Source: an uncultured Chloroflexia bacterium (GTDB lineage: Bacteria > Chloroflexota > Anaerolineae > CG2-30-64-16). From it: 64,000 bases of DNA. Below are positions 1-10,482 of this stretch, piece after piece. Where the stretch lies: contig CAVZDU010000010.1 in NCBI GenBank assembly GCA_963774265.1, positions 64,001 to 128,000 on the forward strand. Reading direction: 5' to 3'. Both the position numbers and the translations under genes were made by a program. The notes under the pieces were generated by a model. The model was not told the origin of the DNA and did no database searches. It saw only the letters and a program-made list of their open reading frames with translations. How positions within the stretch are numbered: the stretch's first letter is position 1; every line of letters begins with the position of its first letter.

Positions 1-1063
1 CAAGGTTGAACCGCGTGGACTGGACTTTTACAACAGGTTGGTGGACGGTCTGCTGGCCGAAGGTATCGAACCGTGGGTGACTCTCTACCATTGGGACCTG
101 CCCCAAGCGCTCCAGGACCGCGGTGGCTGGCCCGCACGCGACACGGCTAAGGCATTCGCTGATTATGCTGAGGTCGTTGCGCGGAGCCTGGGTGATCGTG
201 TTAAGCACTGGATGACGCTCAACGAGCCGTGGGTCGCCGCAGTCGTGGGCCACTACCATGGGATTCATGCACCGGGTCACCAGGACCTGGTGGAGGCGAC
301 TCGCGCCACGCATCATTTGCTTCTGGGCCATGGCTGGGCGGTGCCGCTCATTCGCCGCGACAGCGTGGGCAGCCAGGTGGGCATCGTCCTCAACTACAGC
401 CCCATGCATCCCGCAACCGATCGCGAGGAGGATATCTTCGCGGCGAGGCTCAATGACGGTGTCGTGCAGCGCATGTTTCTCGATCCGCTGGCCGGTCGAC
501 CCTATCCGGCTGATGTTGTGGAGGCCCAGGGACTCGTGCTCGATATGGTCGAGTCGGGTGACGCGAAAACCATCTCCGCGCCCATCGACTTCCTTGGTCT
601 GAACAACTACTCACGCGAGATGGTGAAACATGAGGGCGCATTCGAGTTGGGTGAGTGGAAAGACGATGGCGTCGATCGCACCGAGATGGGCTGGGAAGTG
701 TATCCCGAGGGTATCTACGAGATGCTCATGCGCGTCACGCGCGAGTATCCGTTCAAAGCGCTCTACGTCACCGAGAATGGCGCGGCCTTCGCAGATCGTG
801 TCGGGCCGACCGGAGAGGTCGATGATCCTCGGCGCGTCTCCTTCCTGAAGGGGTATCTGACACAGGCTGCCCGCGCCATCGGCGAGGGCGCGCCCCTTAA
901 GGGCTACTTTGTCTGGTCGCTCATGGACAACTTCGAATGGTCGCTCGGTTACGCCAAACGATTCGGTCTCGTCTATGTCGACTTTGAGACGCAGGCGCGC
1001 ATCCCGAAGACGAGTGCGCGCTGGTACAGTGGGGTGATCGCAGCGAATGCGATTGAGGATTGA
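1..1063 (+). CDS. GH1 beta-glucosidase (5' end lies outside the window)
   Basis: TLYHWDLP, TLNEP (acid/base), YVTENG (nucleophile) and WSLMDNFEW motifs. Confidence 0.95.
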   Translation, partial: KVEPRGLDFYNRLVDGLLAEGIEPWVTLYHWDLPQALQDRGGWPARDTAKAFADYAEVVARSLGDRVKHWMTLNEPWVAAVVGHYHGIHAPGHQDLVEATRATHHLLLGHGWAVPLIRRDSVGSQVGIVLNYSPMHPATDREEDIFAARLNDGVVQRMFLDPLAGRPYPADVVEAQGLVLDMVESGDAKTISAPIDFLGLNNYSREMVKHEGAFELGEWKDDGVDRTEMGWEVYPEGIYEMLMRVTREYPFKALYVTENGAAFADRVGPTGEVDDPRRVSFLKGYLTQAARAIGEGAPLKGYFVWSLMDNFEWSLGYAKRFGLVYVDFETQARIPKTSARWYSGVIAANAIED

Positions 1064-1081
1064 AGACCGACGGAGGAAAAT

Positions 1082-2068
1082 ATGAATTACCGCGAATTGG
1101 GTCGTACGGGCTGGCGGGTCTCTGAGGTCAGCTTTGGCGCGTGGGCGATTGGCGGGTCCTGGGGTGACGTGGATGACCGTGACTCGCTCGCCGCGCTGCA
1201 TCGATCGATCGACCTGGGCGTGAATTTCATCGACACCGCCGATGTGTACGGCGATGGACGCAGCGAGTGGCTGGTTAGCCAGGTGCTCCGCGACCGACCA
1301 GGTCAGCGCATCTATGTGGCGACCAAGGCTGGCCGCCGCCTGGACCCACACACCGCCGATGGCTATAACCGTCAGAACCTGACGGCTTTCATCGACCGCA
1401 GTCTGGTGAACCTGGGCACCGACTGTCTTGACCTGTTGCAGCTTCACTGCCCGCCCACTGAGGTGTTCTATCGGCCTGAAGTGTTTGGCGTGCTTGATGA
1501 TCTCTGCGCGGCGGGCAAGATTCGCCACTACGGTGTGAGCGTGGAGAAGGTCGAAGAAGCGCTCAAGGCGATCGAGTATCCCGGGGTCGAAACTGTCCAG
1601 ATCATCTTTAACATATTCCGGCAGCGGCCATCGGAGCGCTTCTTCGGGGAAGCCAAGTCACGCAAGGTGGGCATTCTGGCGCGCGTGCCCCTGGCAAGCG
1701 GAATGTTGACCGGGAAGATGACGCAGCAAAGCCAGTTTGCTTCCGACGATCACCGCAACTTTAACCGGCACGGTGAGGCCTTCGATGTGGGGGAGACCTT
1801 CGCGGGCGTGCCGTTCGAGGTGGGGCTTCAGGCTGTTGAGGAGCTGCGCACGATCGTCCCGCAAGGCGCGTCGATGGCCCAGTTTGCGCTGCGGTGGATC
1901 CTCATGTTCGACGCCGTAACGTGCACCATCCCAGGGGCAAAGCGGCCCAGCCAGGCTGAGGACAACGTCGGTGCGGCGGCCCTGCCTCCGCTCTCAGAAG
2001 ACTCTATGGCAGCAGTGGCTGATGTCTATGACAGGTTGATCAAGCCGCACGTGCACCAGCGCTGGTAA
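1082..2068 (+). CDS. Aldo/keto reductase
   Basis: GFGAWAIGG-like N-terminus, FIDTADVYG, ATK, LLQLH, IPGAK; GGAGG RBS. Confidence 0.93.
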   Translation: MNYRELGRTGWRVSEVSFGAWAIGGSWGDVDDRDSLAALHRSIDLGVNFIDTADVYGDGRSEWLVSQVLRDRPGQRIYVATKAGRRLDPHTADGYNRQNLTAFIDRSLVNLGTDCLDLLQLHCPPTEVFYRPEVFGVLDDLCAAGKIRHYGVSVEKVEEALKAIEYPGVETVQIIFNIFRQRPSERFFGEAKSRKVGILARVPLASGMLTGKMTQQSQFASDDHRNFNRHGEAFDVGETFAGVPFEVGLQAVEELRTIVPQGASMAQFALRWILMFDAVTCTIPGAKRPSQAEDNVGAAALPPLSEDSMAAVADVYDRLIKPHVHQRW

Positions 2069-2101
2069 GCAGGATAGGATGCGGAGCGATCTGCATCCTA
2101 T

Positions 2102-2914
2102 CTATTTCTCGAAGTACGCACTGGATAGCTCAATCAGGTCAGCGAACACCCAATCCGGCGGCGGCCGCATCGCCTCGAAATCTTCGAGGTGTGCCACACC
2201 GGTCAACACCGCAATCGTCTTCAGCTTGGCAGCCTGGCCCCCCACGATGTCGGTTTCCGGCCGGTCGCCGACAGCCGCCGTGATCTCCCCGCTGACGCCG
2301 AGGCGTGCCAGGGCTTGCCGAAAAATGCCGGCCTCCGGCTTGCCGATCGCCTGGGCTTTGACGCCGCTGGCGATTTCCAACATAACCACCAGGGAGCCGG
2401 CGCCAGGGATCAGCCCCTCTTCAGATGGCAGACTGGCGTCCAGATTGGTGGCGATGAATCGCGCCCCACGCTGAATCGCCAGGCTGGCCTCTTTGAGTCG
2501 TGCATAGGTGGTGTCTCGATCCATGCCCACGACGACTACATCCGCCAGCCGATGATCGGTCGTGAGGCTGAACCCCGCCGCGGTTAGCGCCTGGCGGATG
2601 CCTGCCTCGCCGACCACCAGCACACGCGCACCCGGTATCTCGTCGGCCAGAAATGCAGCCGTCGCCTCAGCAGAGGTCATGATGTCCGTCGATGATGCCT
2701 CGATGCCCATATCACAGAGTCGTCTCGCCACTTCGTCGGAAGGCGTCGTGGAGTTGTTGGTGAGAAACAGATAGGGGATGCCATCCCGGCGTAAGCGAGT
2801 GATGAGCTCCGGCGCGCCAGGAAGCACTGTCTTGCCGCGATACATCACGCCGTCCATGTCGAAGATGAACGCGCGCACCGCGCGGAGCGCGGCCAGATCA
2901 TGCCCATCACTCAT
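2102..2914 (-). CDS. HAD-IIA (NagD-like) phosphatase
   Basis: FDMDGV, LTNNS, GKP and GDRPETD motifs; start set at the ATG overlapping the upstream stop. Confidence 0.92.
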   Translation of the reverse strand: MSDGHDLAALRAVRAFIFDMDGVMYRGKTVLPGAPELITRLRRDGIPYLFLTNNSTTPSDEVARRLCDMGIEASSTDIMTSAEATAAFLADEIPGARVLVVGEAGIRQALTAAGFSLTTDHRLADVVVVGMDRDTTYARLKEASLAIQRGARFIATNLDASLPSEEGLIPGAGSLVVMLEIASGVKAQAIGKPEAGIFRQALARLGVSGEITAAVGDRPETDIVGGQAAKLKTIAVLTGVAHLEDFEAMRPPPDWVFADLIELSSAYFEK

Positions 2915-3149
2915 CGTCCACGTCCTCCGCCGCGTCGCGTTCCACATCCACGATGGCTGTGGTCACCGCCCAACTGACCACACCCCAACTGCCCCCCGAG
3001 ATGAGCAGCGCCAGGAAGATGGACAGCGCGTTGGGAGGAACGGTTCCCTTGATGATGCCGACGATGGCCAGGATGATGCCCGCAGCCGTAAAAATCAGCG
3101 CAACCCGCAGCGGCAGCGGCCAGCGCGCCCATTTGGAGATTTGCATCAT
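2907..3149 (-). CDS. Small two-TM membrane protein, function unknown
   Basis: Two hydrophobic segments, acidic tail, purine-rich RBS, translationally coupled to the HAD gene. Confidence 0.7.
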   Translation of the reverse strand: MMQISKWARWPLPLRVALIFTAAGIILAIVGIIKGTVPPNALSIFLALLISGGSWGVVSWAVTTAIVDVERDAAEDVDDE

Positions 3150-3173
3150 CGATTGCCCCCTCTCTTGCCACGC

Positions 3174-3232
3174 AGAACGCAGAGGACTCATTGATACAAC
3201 ATCCGCCGTGTCCTTTGCGCTCTCTGCGTTCT
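3174..3232. repeat. Intergenic 11-bp inverted repeat AGAACGCAGAG / CTCTGCGTTCT
   Basis: Arms at 3174-3184 and 3222-3232. Confidence 0.6.
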
Positions 3233-3238
3233 TTGAGA

Positions 3239-4999
3239 TTAACCAGGCCGCAGATCCCGCAGCGTCAACTGTGGTCGTCCGCTGTAGTCATTGATTTCGA
3301 TGCAGTATGCCAGGTCCAGCTTTCCGGCCAGACCACCGGCCAACGGTCCCATGCCAAAGCCGATCGCATCCCACTCGGTGCTCGAGCCCGGCGCGCTGAC
3401 ATGCAGCTTGAGATGCTGCCCTTCACGGCCCACCAGCCGGACGGAATCCCGAACGACGTGCACCCCCTGCGCGGCGAATACCGGTTGCGGATTTGCCTCA
3501 CCGTAGGGTTCCAGTTCAGTGAGTCTGGTGCACACCGCATAGTCCAGATCTGCCAGGTCGAGTTCCGCGTCGATCTTGAGCGCGGGGGCCAGGTCGAGTC
3601 CGTGAAGCTTCTCTGCCGCGACCGCCTCCAGCCGCCGGCGCAGCTCAGGCAGGTTTTCATTCTTCACCGTGAACCCGGCCGCGGCCGCGTGGCCGCCATG
3701 CCGAACAAGAAGGTCACGACAATCATCGAGCGCACGGGTGATGTTGAACTCAGGAATGCTTCGGCAAGAACCCCGTGTTTCGGCTGCGCCGATCTCGGCC
3801 ACCACGGCGGGCCGATACAACGCTTCTGCCAGCCGGCCAGCGACCAGTCCGACGACGCCGGGGTGAAAGTCTTCTCCAGCAACGAAATTTAGGTACCGCA
3901 TCGTATCGTCGGCTGCCAGCATCATTTTGGCCTGCTCTACGAATTGGCGCGTCATGTCCTGCCGCTGGCGGTTGAGTTCGCCGAGCTCGTCCGCCAGCGG
4001 CCTTGCCGACTCCGTTGTCGGCGATGTGAGCAGATCATAGCCTATGCGTGCGGAAGCCAGCCGGCCTGCCGCGTTGAGTCGCGGACCGATGACGAACCCG
4101 ATGGTATGGCCGTTTACCTTGCCTGGCGCCAGGTTCGCCTCACCGAACAGGGCGCGGAGCCCCGGGCGCCGTGGCCCGGTGCAGCGACCATCCCGCGTGC
4201 GGCCATTGAGGGAGTTCAGTCCCAGTTGCACCAGGACCCGGTTCTCGCCCAGCAGCGGCGCAACATCAGCCACGGTGCCCAGGGCGACCAGGTCCAGCAG
4301 GTCCCCTGTGTTGAGCTTCGCTAGTGCGCCATTCGTGGGCTTCTCTTTGTCCGTGCGCATTAGTGCCTGCACGAGCTTGAACGCGATGCCGACCCCCGCA
4401 AGGTCCTTGAACGGGTATGCGTCCCCTTGTTGCTTGGGGTTGATGACGGCGAGCGCAGGTGGGAGTATATCGCGGCCTTCACCATCCTGTTGGATCGAAT
4501 GGTGGTCGGTGACGATCATGTCCATGCCGAGGGTCGCGCCATACGCCACTTCGCCAGGCGAGCGAATTCCGCAATCGACCGTGATCACAAGTTTCGCGCC
4601 CATCTCGACGACTCGATCCAGCGAATCGTTGTGTAGACCGTAGCCTTCATCGATCCGGTGGGGGATGTAGGGATGTGCATCTGCGCCGAGGGCGGTCAAG
4701 CCTTCCACCAGCAGTGCGGTGGAAGTCACGCCGTCTGCGTCGAAGTCGCCGTAGACGACGATGCGCTCGCCCGCCTGGATAGCCGCGCGAATGCGCCCGA
4801 CCGCCTCACGCATACCCGTCATGGAGAACGGATCGCGCAACTCTGTGGGCGGTTGGAGGAACGCCGCAACATCGGAGGGATCGACCAGGCCGCGGTTATA
4901 CAGCACCTGGACGAGAATTGGGTGTAGGTGAGATAGTAACCGCGCGATGCCCGGCGGACACCGCTCAGCGATTTCCCAACGTTTGGCAGTGGGTGGCAT
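3239..4999 (-). CDS. recJ: ssDNA-specific exonuclease RecJ
   Basis: YGDFDADG, ITVDCG, VTDHH, GTVADV, PRLNAAGR, GSCRS, GGHAAAAG; the ORF-track extension to 5275 overlaps fmt and is rejected. Confidence 0.95.
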   Translation of the reverse strand: MPPTAKRWEIAERCPPGIARLLSHLHPILVQVLYNRGLVDPSDVAAFLQPPTELRDPFSMTGMREAVGRIRAAIQAGERIVVYGDFDADGVTSTALLVEGLTALGADAHPYIPHRIDEGYGLHNDSLDRVVEMGAKLVITVDCGIRSPGEVAYGATLGMDMIVTDHHSIQQDGEGRDILPPALAVINPKQQGDAYPFKDLAGVGIAFKLVQALMRTDKEKPTNGALAKLNTGDLLDLVALGTVADVAPLLGENRVLVQLGLNSLNGRTRDGRCTGPRRPGLRALFGEANLAPGKVNGHTIGFVIGPRLNAAGRLASARIGYDLLTSPTTESARPLADELGELNRQRQDMTRQFVEQAKMMLAADDTMRYLNFVAGEDFHPGVVGLVAGRLAEALYRPAVVAEIGAAETRGSCRSIPEFNITRALDDCRDLLVRHGGHAAAAGFTVKNENLPELRRRLEAVAAEKLHGLDLAPALKIDAELDLADLDYAVCTRLTELEPYGEANPQPVFAAQGVHVVRDSVRLVGREGQHLKLHVSAPGSSTEWDAIGFGMGPLAGGLAGKLDLAYCIEINDYSGRPQLTLRDLRPG

Positions 5000-5006
5000 G
5001 GCGGGC

Positions 5007-5012
5007 ATTATA
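5007..5012 (-). promoter_or_regulatory. -10 box TATAAT of recJ (probably leaderless)
   Basis: TATAAT-GCCCGCC-ATG on the minus strand, no SD upstream. Confidence 0.5.
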
Positions 5013-5107
5013 GCTGTTGAAAGGCGTTGCGACAAACGTGGGGCAGCATATGGGTCTGTGGCTTTCCGGCACCCATCGGGTATGATAGCTGCTGTTGGGA
5101 GGTGATC

Positions 5108-6037
5108 ATGACGCGAGTGGTGTTTATGGGGACGCCCGAGTTTGCCGTCCCGTCGCTGGGCGCATTGTTGCGTGCCGGGTACGACGTGGTTGCGGTCTAC
5201 ACGCGCGAGGACCAGCCGGCCGGCCGCGGTCAACGTCTGGAGGCTTCGCCTGTTAAGCGATATGCCCTGGCGCAAGGCCTCCCACTGAAGCAGCCAGGGT
5301 CGCTGCGCGCGCCTGACGAACAGTCCGAGTTATCCGAGCTGGCGCCGGATCTCCTGATTGTCGCGGCCTACGGACTGATCTTGCCCCAGGCTGTCCTCGA
5401 CATCCCCCCCATGGGATGCATCAACGTCCACGGGTCGCTTTTGCCGCGCCACCGGGGTGCGTCCCCAGCCGCGGCCGCAATCCTGGCCGGCGACAGGGAG
5501 GCAGGCGTCAGCATCATGTTGATGGACGCCGGGGTCGACACCGGTCCGGTGCTCGGCATGAGGTACATCCCCGTCTCCTCCGAAGACACGACCGGTTCCC
5601 TGACGACGAAGCTGGCCGATTTGGGCGCGGAACTGCTGGTGCGCACACTGCCTCCGTGGCTCCGAGGCGCCATCGTCCCGCAGGCCCAACCTGAAGAAGG
5701 CGCGACGTTTGCCCCGCGCATCGCAAAGGAGGACGGGCGAATTGACTGGACCGAGTCGGCGGAAGCGATCGCGCGCAAGGTCCGCGCGTATCAGCCATGG
5801 CCGTCCGCGTTCACGACGTGGAATGGGCAATCGTTGAAGGTGTTCAAGGCGCATGCAGCTATGGAGTCGGCCGGCGCACCTGGCGCCATCATCGCGGGAG
5901 GCCGGCGCGCCGCAGGCGTAGCGACGGGCGATGGGATCTTGTGGCTGGAAGAGGTCCAGATTGCAGGGAAGAAAGTGATGCCAATCGGCGCGTTTCTGGC
6001 TGGAGCGCAGGGCTTCGTAGGAAGCACCTTGGGTTAG
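5108..6037 (+). CDS. fmt: Methionyl-tRNA formyltransferase
   Basis: VFMGTPEFA, AAYGLIL, INVHGSLLPRHRG, DTGP; GGAGG RBS. Confidence 0.95.
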   Translation: MTRVVFMGTPEFAVPSLGALLRAGYDVVAVYTREDQPAGRGQRLEASPVKRYALAQGLPLKQPGSLRAPDEQSELSELAPDLLIVAAYGLILPQAVLDIPPMGCINVHGSLLPRHRGASPAAAAILAGDREAGVSIMLMDAGVDTGPVLGMRYIPVSSEDTTGSLTTKLADLGAELLVRTLPPWLRGAIVPQAQPEEGATFAPRIAKEDGRIDWTESAEAIARKVRAYQPWPSAFTTWNGQSLKVFKAHAAMESAGAPGAIIAGGRRAAGVATGDGILWLEEVQIAGKKVMPIGAFLAGAQGFVGSTLG

Positions 6038-6891
6038 CCTCCGAAATACCGCTCCAAGGCGTCACGCATCACCTGTTCATCCGCGTCCATCCCGGTCCAC
6101 AGCCTGAACGCGATCGCACCCTGGTGCACCAGCATCCCCAGACCGTTCAACGTCCGAGCGCCGCAAGCCTGCGCGGACGCCAGGAACGCCGTGTTGGGCG
6201 GGTTGGGAATCACATCACAGACGAGCGTCCCCGGGTCAATCGAAGTCATGTCCACTACGGGGATGTCAGCGGTGTTGGGGTAAAGCCCAATGGACGTCGC
6301 GTTGACCAGTATGTTCGTCCCTTGAGGTACATGATATGCGTCCATCCACGGCACAAACTGCGCCCTGGCAGGAGTTTTCTCGTTCAGCAGTTTAACCAGC
6401 TCTGTACCGCGCTCGGGTGAACGATTCACCACGGTGATGTTCGCCACACCAGCCAGGGCCAGCTCCACCGTCATGGCCCGGGCCGCACCCCCTGCGCCCA
6501 GGAACACTGCGAATTTTCCGCCGGGATCCATGCCGGCATCTTCTCGGATCGAGCGCAGAAAGCCTTTGCCGTCCGTGTTTTCGCCGATGAGCCGATTGCC
6601 TTCACGACGGACCGTGTTCACAGCGCCCATGAGGGCGGCGTCAGGCGCGATCGCGTCGAGATACTGGAGCACCGCGACTTTGTGTGGAATCGTCAGGTTG
6701 AAACCCTGGAAACCTAACGCTCGAGCGCCTGCCACGGCCAGAGGCAGGTCCGCCGCGTGTACTTTCAACAACTGATAGCGCCAATTCAAGCCACTTGCAG
6801 CAAACGCCGGCTCCATCATGACGCCCGTAGGATTCTCGTCAATAGGATCGCCAAAAGCGCCGACAAGTTCATGGCGGAGCGAAGTGATCAT
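6034..6891 (-). CDS. aroE: Shikimate dehydrogenase
   Basis: NLTIPHK, GAVNT, ENTDGKG, GAGGAA, NATSIG, GLGMLVHQG. Confidence 0.92.
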   Translation of the reverse strand: MITSLRHELVGAFGDPIDENPTGVMMEPAFAASGLNWRYQLLKVHAADLPLAVAGARALGFQGFNLTIPHKVAVLQYLDAIAPDAALMGAVNTVRREGNRLIGENTDGKGFLRSIREDAGMDPGGKFAVFLGAGGAARAMTVELALAGVANITVVNRSPERGTELVKLLNEKTPARAQFVPWMDAYHVPQGTNILVNATSIGLYPNTADIPVVDMTSIDPGTLVCDVIPNPPNTAFLASAQACGARTLNGLGMLVHQGAIAFRLWTGMDADEQVMRDALERYFGG

Positions 6892-6984
6892 GTTTCTTCT
6901 TCCTTTCTTGGCTTTGAGCGCGCATCATAGCATGGGTGCGAGGTGAGATAGAAATGCCCGCGTTGGGCGGAGCGGGCGTGCAAT

Positions 6985-7013
6985 TTGCCAGATTTCTCAC
7001 AGTCGCGTATACT
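6985..7013 (+). promoter_or_regulatory. Sigma70-type promoter of tRNA-Pro
   Basis: TTGCCA-17 bp-TATACT, 11 nt before the tRNA. Confidence 0.8.
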
Positions 7014-7024
7014 GTCGTGTACAT

Positions 7025-7100
<76 letters not shown>

Positions 7101-7109
7101 TGGAACAAG

Positions 7110-7143
7110 GAGGGGTGGGATGTGTCCCACCCCTCTCTTAATT
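7110..7143 (+). terminator. Hairpin/terminator after the tRNA, just upstream of the kinase gene
   Basis: 11-bp stem GAGGGGTGGGA-TGTG-TCCCACCCCTC followed by TCTTAATT (weak U tract). Confidence 0.6.
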
Positions 7144-7147
7144 ACGA

Positions 7148-8626
7148 GTGACGATGAACGTTACGTCGGATTTGAGCCTCTCCGAGCGTCTCAGCGAGGT
7201 TGCGCTGGGGATGCCCATCACGGCTGACTTGAGCCGGTCGGATCTCCTGCTGCTGCGTCCTCTCAATGCACGTGCGATGAAGGTCGTGGCGCAGGCGCGG
7301 CCGCATTCCATCTCTTCCCTGCACACCGAAAACCTCGTGGGCCAAACGTTCGTGGCGCGTGATTTACCGCTCATCTTTGACGCGATGCGCCGCCGCCGCA
7401 CTCTGCAGTCGCAGATGGATCTGCCCAGCGGTGCGCCTGTCGTCCAAGACGCGTGCCCGATTTTCGACACCGCAGGCCAGGTTCTGGGTCTCCTCAGCAT
7501 CGAGACGAGCCTCATCCAACTGGAGCGACACCGGCATCGCCACATCACGTTTCGCCGGGCCGTTGATTGGCTCAAGCACATGTGCGTACAAGGCGACCTG
7601 ACCAGCGCCGCGAACCTTTCGTCCTTCCAAGAGATGGACGGCATCGTCCTGGTCGATGCCCAGCTGCGCATCACCTACCTGAGCGGCATTGCCAATAATC
7701 TCTATCGTCGCCTTGGCTACATGGAGGATCTGCGTGGACGGCCCCTCAATTACCTTCATATCGGCGATGATCTCTTGGCGATCACGGCTATGCAGTCCCG
7801 GCAGGGGGTAGAGCAGGAGTCGAAGTTTGGTGATCTGGAGTGGGTGCGAAAGGCTCTGCCGCTGTGGTCGCCGCCGAAATTGGGGGGCCTGCTGCATCAC
7901 TTTGCCAAGGTCGGTACACCAACGGACATTGCCGGGGTGATCATCATGGTCCACGATGCGACCGACGAGCGCCGCAAGAAGGCGGAGCTTGAAGTCAAAT
8001 CGACCATGATCCAGGAAGTTCATCATCGGGTCAAGAATAACCTGCAAAATGTCGCGGCATTGCTCCGCATGCAGCAACGCCGCGCGCATGAGACTGAGAC
8101 GCGCCAGGCGCTCTCGGAGGCCATTTCACGCATCTTGAGTGTGGCCGTTATCCACGAGTTTTTGTCATTGGACGAGACCCAGTCGATTAACGTTCGCGAT
8201 GTGTGCCAACGAATCGTGACGCAGACGCGGCAGGCTCTCGCCCCTGGCCAATTGGTTGAGTTCTCAATTGAAGGGCCCGCCATTTATCTGCCCAGCCAAC
8301 AGGCTACTGCGACGGCCCTGGTCATCAACGAATTGGTGCAGAATGCGTTGGAGCACGGTTTCGAGCATCGCGAGCGTGGGCAGATTGAACTGGTCTTGAC
8401 CGATGGCGGAGACAGCGTTAAGCTTGAGATATGTGACGACGGAGAGCCGCTATCCGCCGAGTTTGACTTTGGCAACACGACCAGCCTGGGCTTGCAGATA
8501 GTCCGCAGCCTGGTGCAGGCAGACCTGAGAGGCGAGATCAAGCTGGAGAACCAGCCTGAGCGTGGGGTCGTTGCCACAGTGATGATTCCCAAAGCAGTGA
8601 TCGGCGCAAGCGGGACCGGACGGTAA
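7148..8626 (+). CDS. pdtaS: Cytoplasmic sensor histidine kinase, PdtaS/EutW type (GAF-like, PAS, HisKA_2, HATPase)
   Basis: ADLSRSDLLL N-terminal domain, EVHHRVKNNLQ H-box, NELVQNALEH N-box, DDG, SLGLQIV; no TM segment. Confidence 0.88.
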   Translation: MTMNVTSDLSLSERLSEVALGMPITADLSRSDLLLLRPLNARAMKVVAQARPHSISSLHTENLVGQTFVARDLPLIFDAMRRRRTLQSQMDLPSGAPVVQDACPIFDTAGQVLGLLSIETSLIQLERHRHRHITFRRAVDWLKHMCVQGDLTSAANLSSFQEMDGIVLVDAQLRITYLSGIANNLYRRLGYMEDLRGRPLNYLHIGDDLLAITAMQSRQGVEQESKFGDLEWVRKALPLWSPPKLGGLLHHFAKVGTPTDIAGVIIMVHDATDERRKKAELEVKSTMIQEVHHRVKNNLQNVAALLRMQQRRAHETETRQALSEAISRILSVAVIHEFLSLDETQSINVRDVCQRIVTQTRQALAPGQLVEFSIEGPAIYLPSQQATATALVINELVQNALEHGFEHRERGQIELVLTDGGDSVKLEICDDGEPLSAEFDFGNTTSLGLQIVRSLVQADLRGEIKLENQPERGVVATVMIPKAVIGASGTGR

Positions 8627-8709
8627 CCACAGCGCAATAGAGAGTCTATGCCACGCAGGACTCCAAGTCATGGGTGGCATGCAAGTCATGCAAGTCAGTA
8701 GGAGGCAAT

Positions 8710-9294
8710 ATGGAGCGCACAAGAGTCATCATCGCCGACGATGAGTCCCTCATCCGCATGGACCTGCGGGAGATGCTCACTAACCTGGGTTACCTGGTGG
8801 TGGGCGAGGTGGCCGACGGCCGAAGCGCGGTCAATCAGGCGCGCGAACTGCGGCCCGATGTGGTCATCATGGACATCAAGATGCCCGACATGGATGGCAT
8901 CGAGGCCGCCAAGGTGCTTACGGAGGAGCGGATTTCGCCGGTGGTCCTCTTGAGCGCCTACAGCCAACGGGACCTGGTCCAGCGCGCTCGTGACGCGGGT
9001 GTGGTCGCCTATCTTGTCAAGCCGTATCGCGAGGAAGAGCTCAGCCCCGCGATCGAGGTTGCTCTGGCGCGTTTCAGCGAGTTCAAAGATCTGCAGAAGC
9101 AGGTCTCTGACCTCCAGGAGGCGCTGGAAACCCGCAAGCTGGTTGACCGGGCCAAGGGCATCTTGATGGACAAGCAGGGACTGAACGAAGCCGAGGCCTT
9201 TCGCAAGATCCAGAAGATGAGCATGGATAACCGGAAACCAATGAAGGACGTGGCCGAGGCTATTATCCTGGCGCACCAGGTAGGGCAGGGTTGA
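8710..9294 (+). CDS. pdtaR: REC-ANTAR response regulator, PdtaR/EutV type
   Basis: IADDE, MDIKMP, YLVKP, and ANTAR signature RKLVDRAKGILM...EAEAFRKIQKMSMD. Confidence 0.92.
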   Translation: MERTRVIIADDESLIRMDLREMLTNLGYLVVGEVADGRSAVNQARELRPDVVIMDIKMPDMDGIEAAKVLTEERISPVVLLSAYSQRDLVQRARDAGVVAYLVKPYREEELSPAIEVALARFSEFKDLQKQVSDLQEALETRKLVDRAKGILMDKQGLNEAEAFRKIQKMSMDNRKPMKDVAEAIILAHQVGQG

Positions 9295-9394
9295 TTTCCT
9301 ACCTTGTCATAACGATGGGGGTGGCCTGCGCTCGTCGCATTCGCCGTAGGGCGGCCCTCACCGTGGGGTGGCATTCTTTGCTCGCAGGTGACAT

Positions 9395-10421
9395 ATGAAC
9401 CCATGGGAGCAATTCAAGAAAGTAGCTACTGGCGGAAGTGCCGACCAGATTCCGGTCGCATTGATCGTTGACAGTCCGTGGCTGCCGGCGTATGCGGGCG
9501 TCGACACGCTCGACTATTTCCTGTTCCCGGAGCTCTGGACGCGCATCAATCTCGATCTCCTGACGCGTTTCCCTGATGTGGCATGGATCCCCGGCTTCTG
9601 GGTGGAGTATGGCATGGCTGCCGAACCGTCTGCGTTTGGCGCCAAGGTTGTATGGCATCACGACCGTCCTCCGTCCATCGCCCCGGTGCGCGGCGGCCTG
9701 GCTGCACTGGACGGGATCTCGCCCGCCGATCCCCACGAAGACGGTTTCATGCCCCTCGTGCTGCACCTTTACAAAGAGGCCCACGCGCGGTTGGCAGCTG
9801 AAGGCGCTCCCATTCGCATGGTCGCTGCCCGGGGCCCCTTGGCCAACGCGGGCTGGCTATTAGGCGTCAGTGAGTTGATGGTTGCGCTGAAGCTTGAGGC
9901 GGATGCGGCTGCGCGGCTGCTCGATGCGTTGACCGAGACCATCATTCGTTGGCTGCGAGCACAAGCTGAGGCTGTGGGCGGCGTAGAGGGCATCCTGTTG
10001 CTGGACGATATTCCAGGGATGCTTTCACCGAAGCTATTCGATGCCATGGCCGCTGCCCTATCTCGCACGTATCTTCAACGCGTTCGAGGGCCTGGTTCGG
10101 GTCTATCACAACGACACACCCTGCCCATACCTGACCAGCCGCATTGGGGCCTTACCCTTCGAGGTGTGGAACTTCAGCCACGAAACGGATATCGCTGACG
10201 TGCACGATAAACTATCTGGAAACAAGGCGCTGATGGGCAACATCCCACCGTTGAGCGTTATGGCCCAGGGAACGTCCTCCCAGGTGATCGGCTTTGCGCG
10301 CTCGTGCATCGAGAAGACCGGCGGACGCAACCTGATTCTCTCTGCGGGCGGCGGTATCAGCCCGGGTACGACCGCCGAAAACATCGACGCATTGGTCCTC
10401 GCCGCCAGGAACCGTTCTTAA
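9395..10421 (+). CDS. URO-D/MtaA-like methyltransferase family protein (frameshift near 10050)
   Basis: ARGPL, LLDD, MGNIPP, ILSAGGG...TTAENI; split over ORFs 9395-10198 and 10041-10421. Confidence 0.8.
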
Positions 10422-10430
10422 GGGCGGGCC

Positions 10431-10462
10431 AGACCTGACACGGTAGAGAACCTGTCAGGTCT
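10431..10462. repeat. REP-like palindrome AGACCTGACA...TGTCAGGTCT
   Basis: Perfect 10-bp arms in an intergenic gap. Confidence 0.65.
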
Positions 10463-10482
10463 ACATTCGAGTGGGAGCAATC

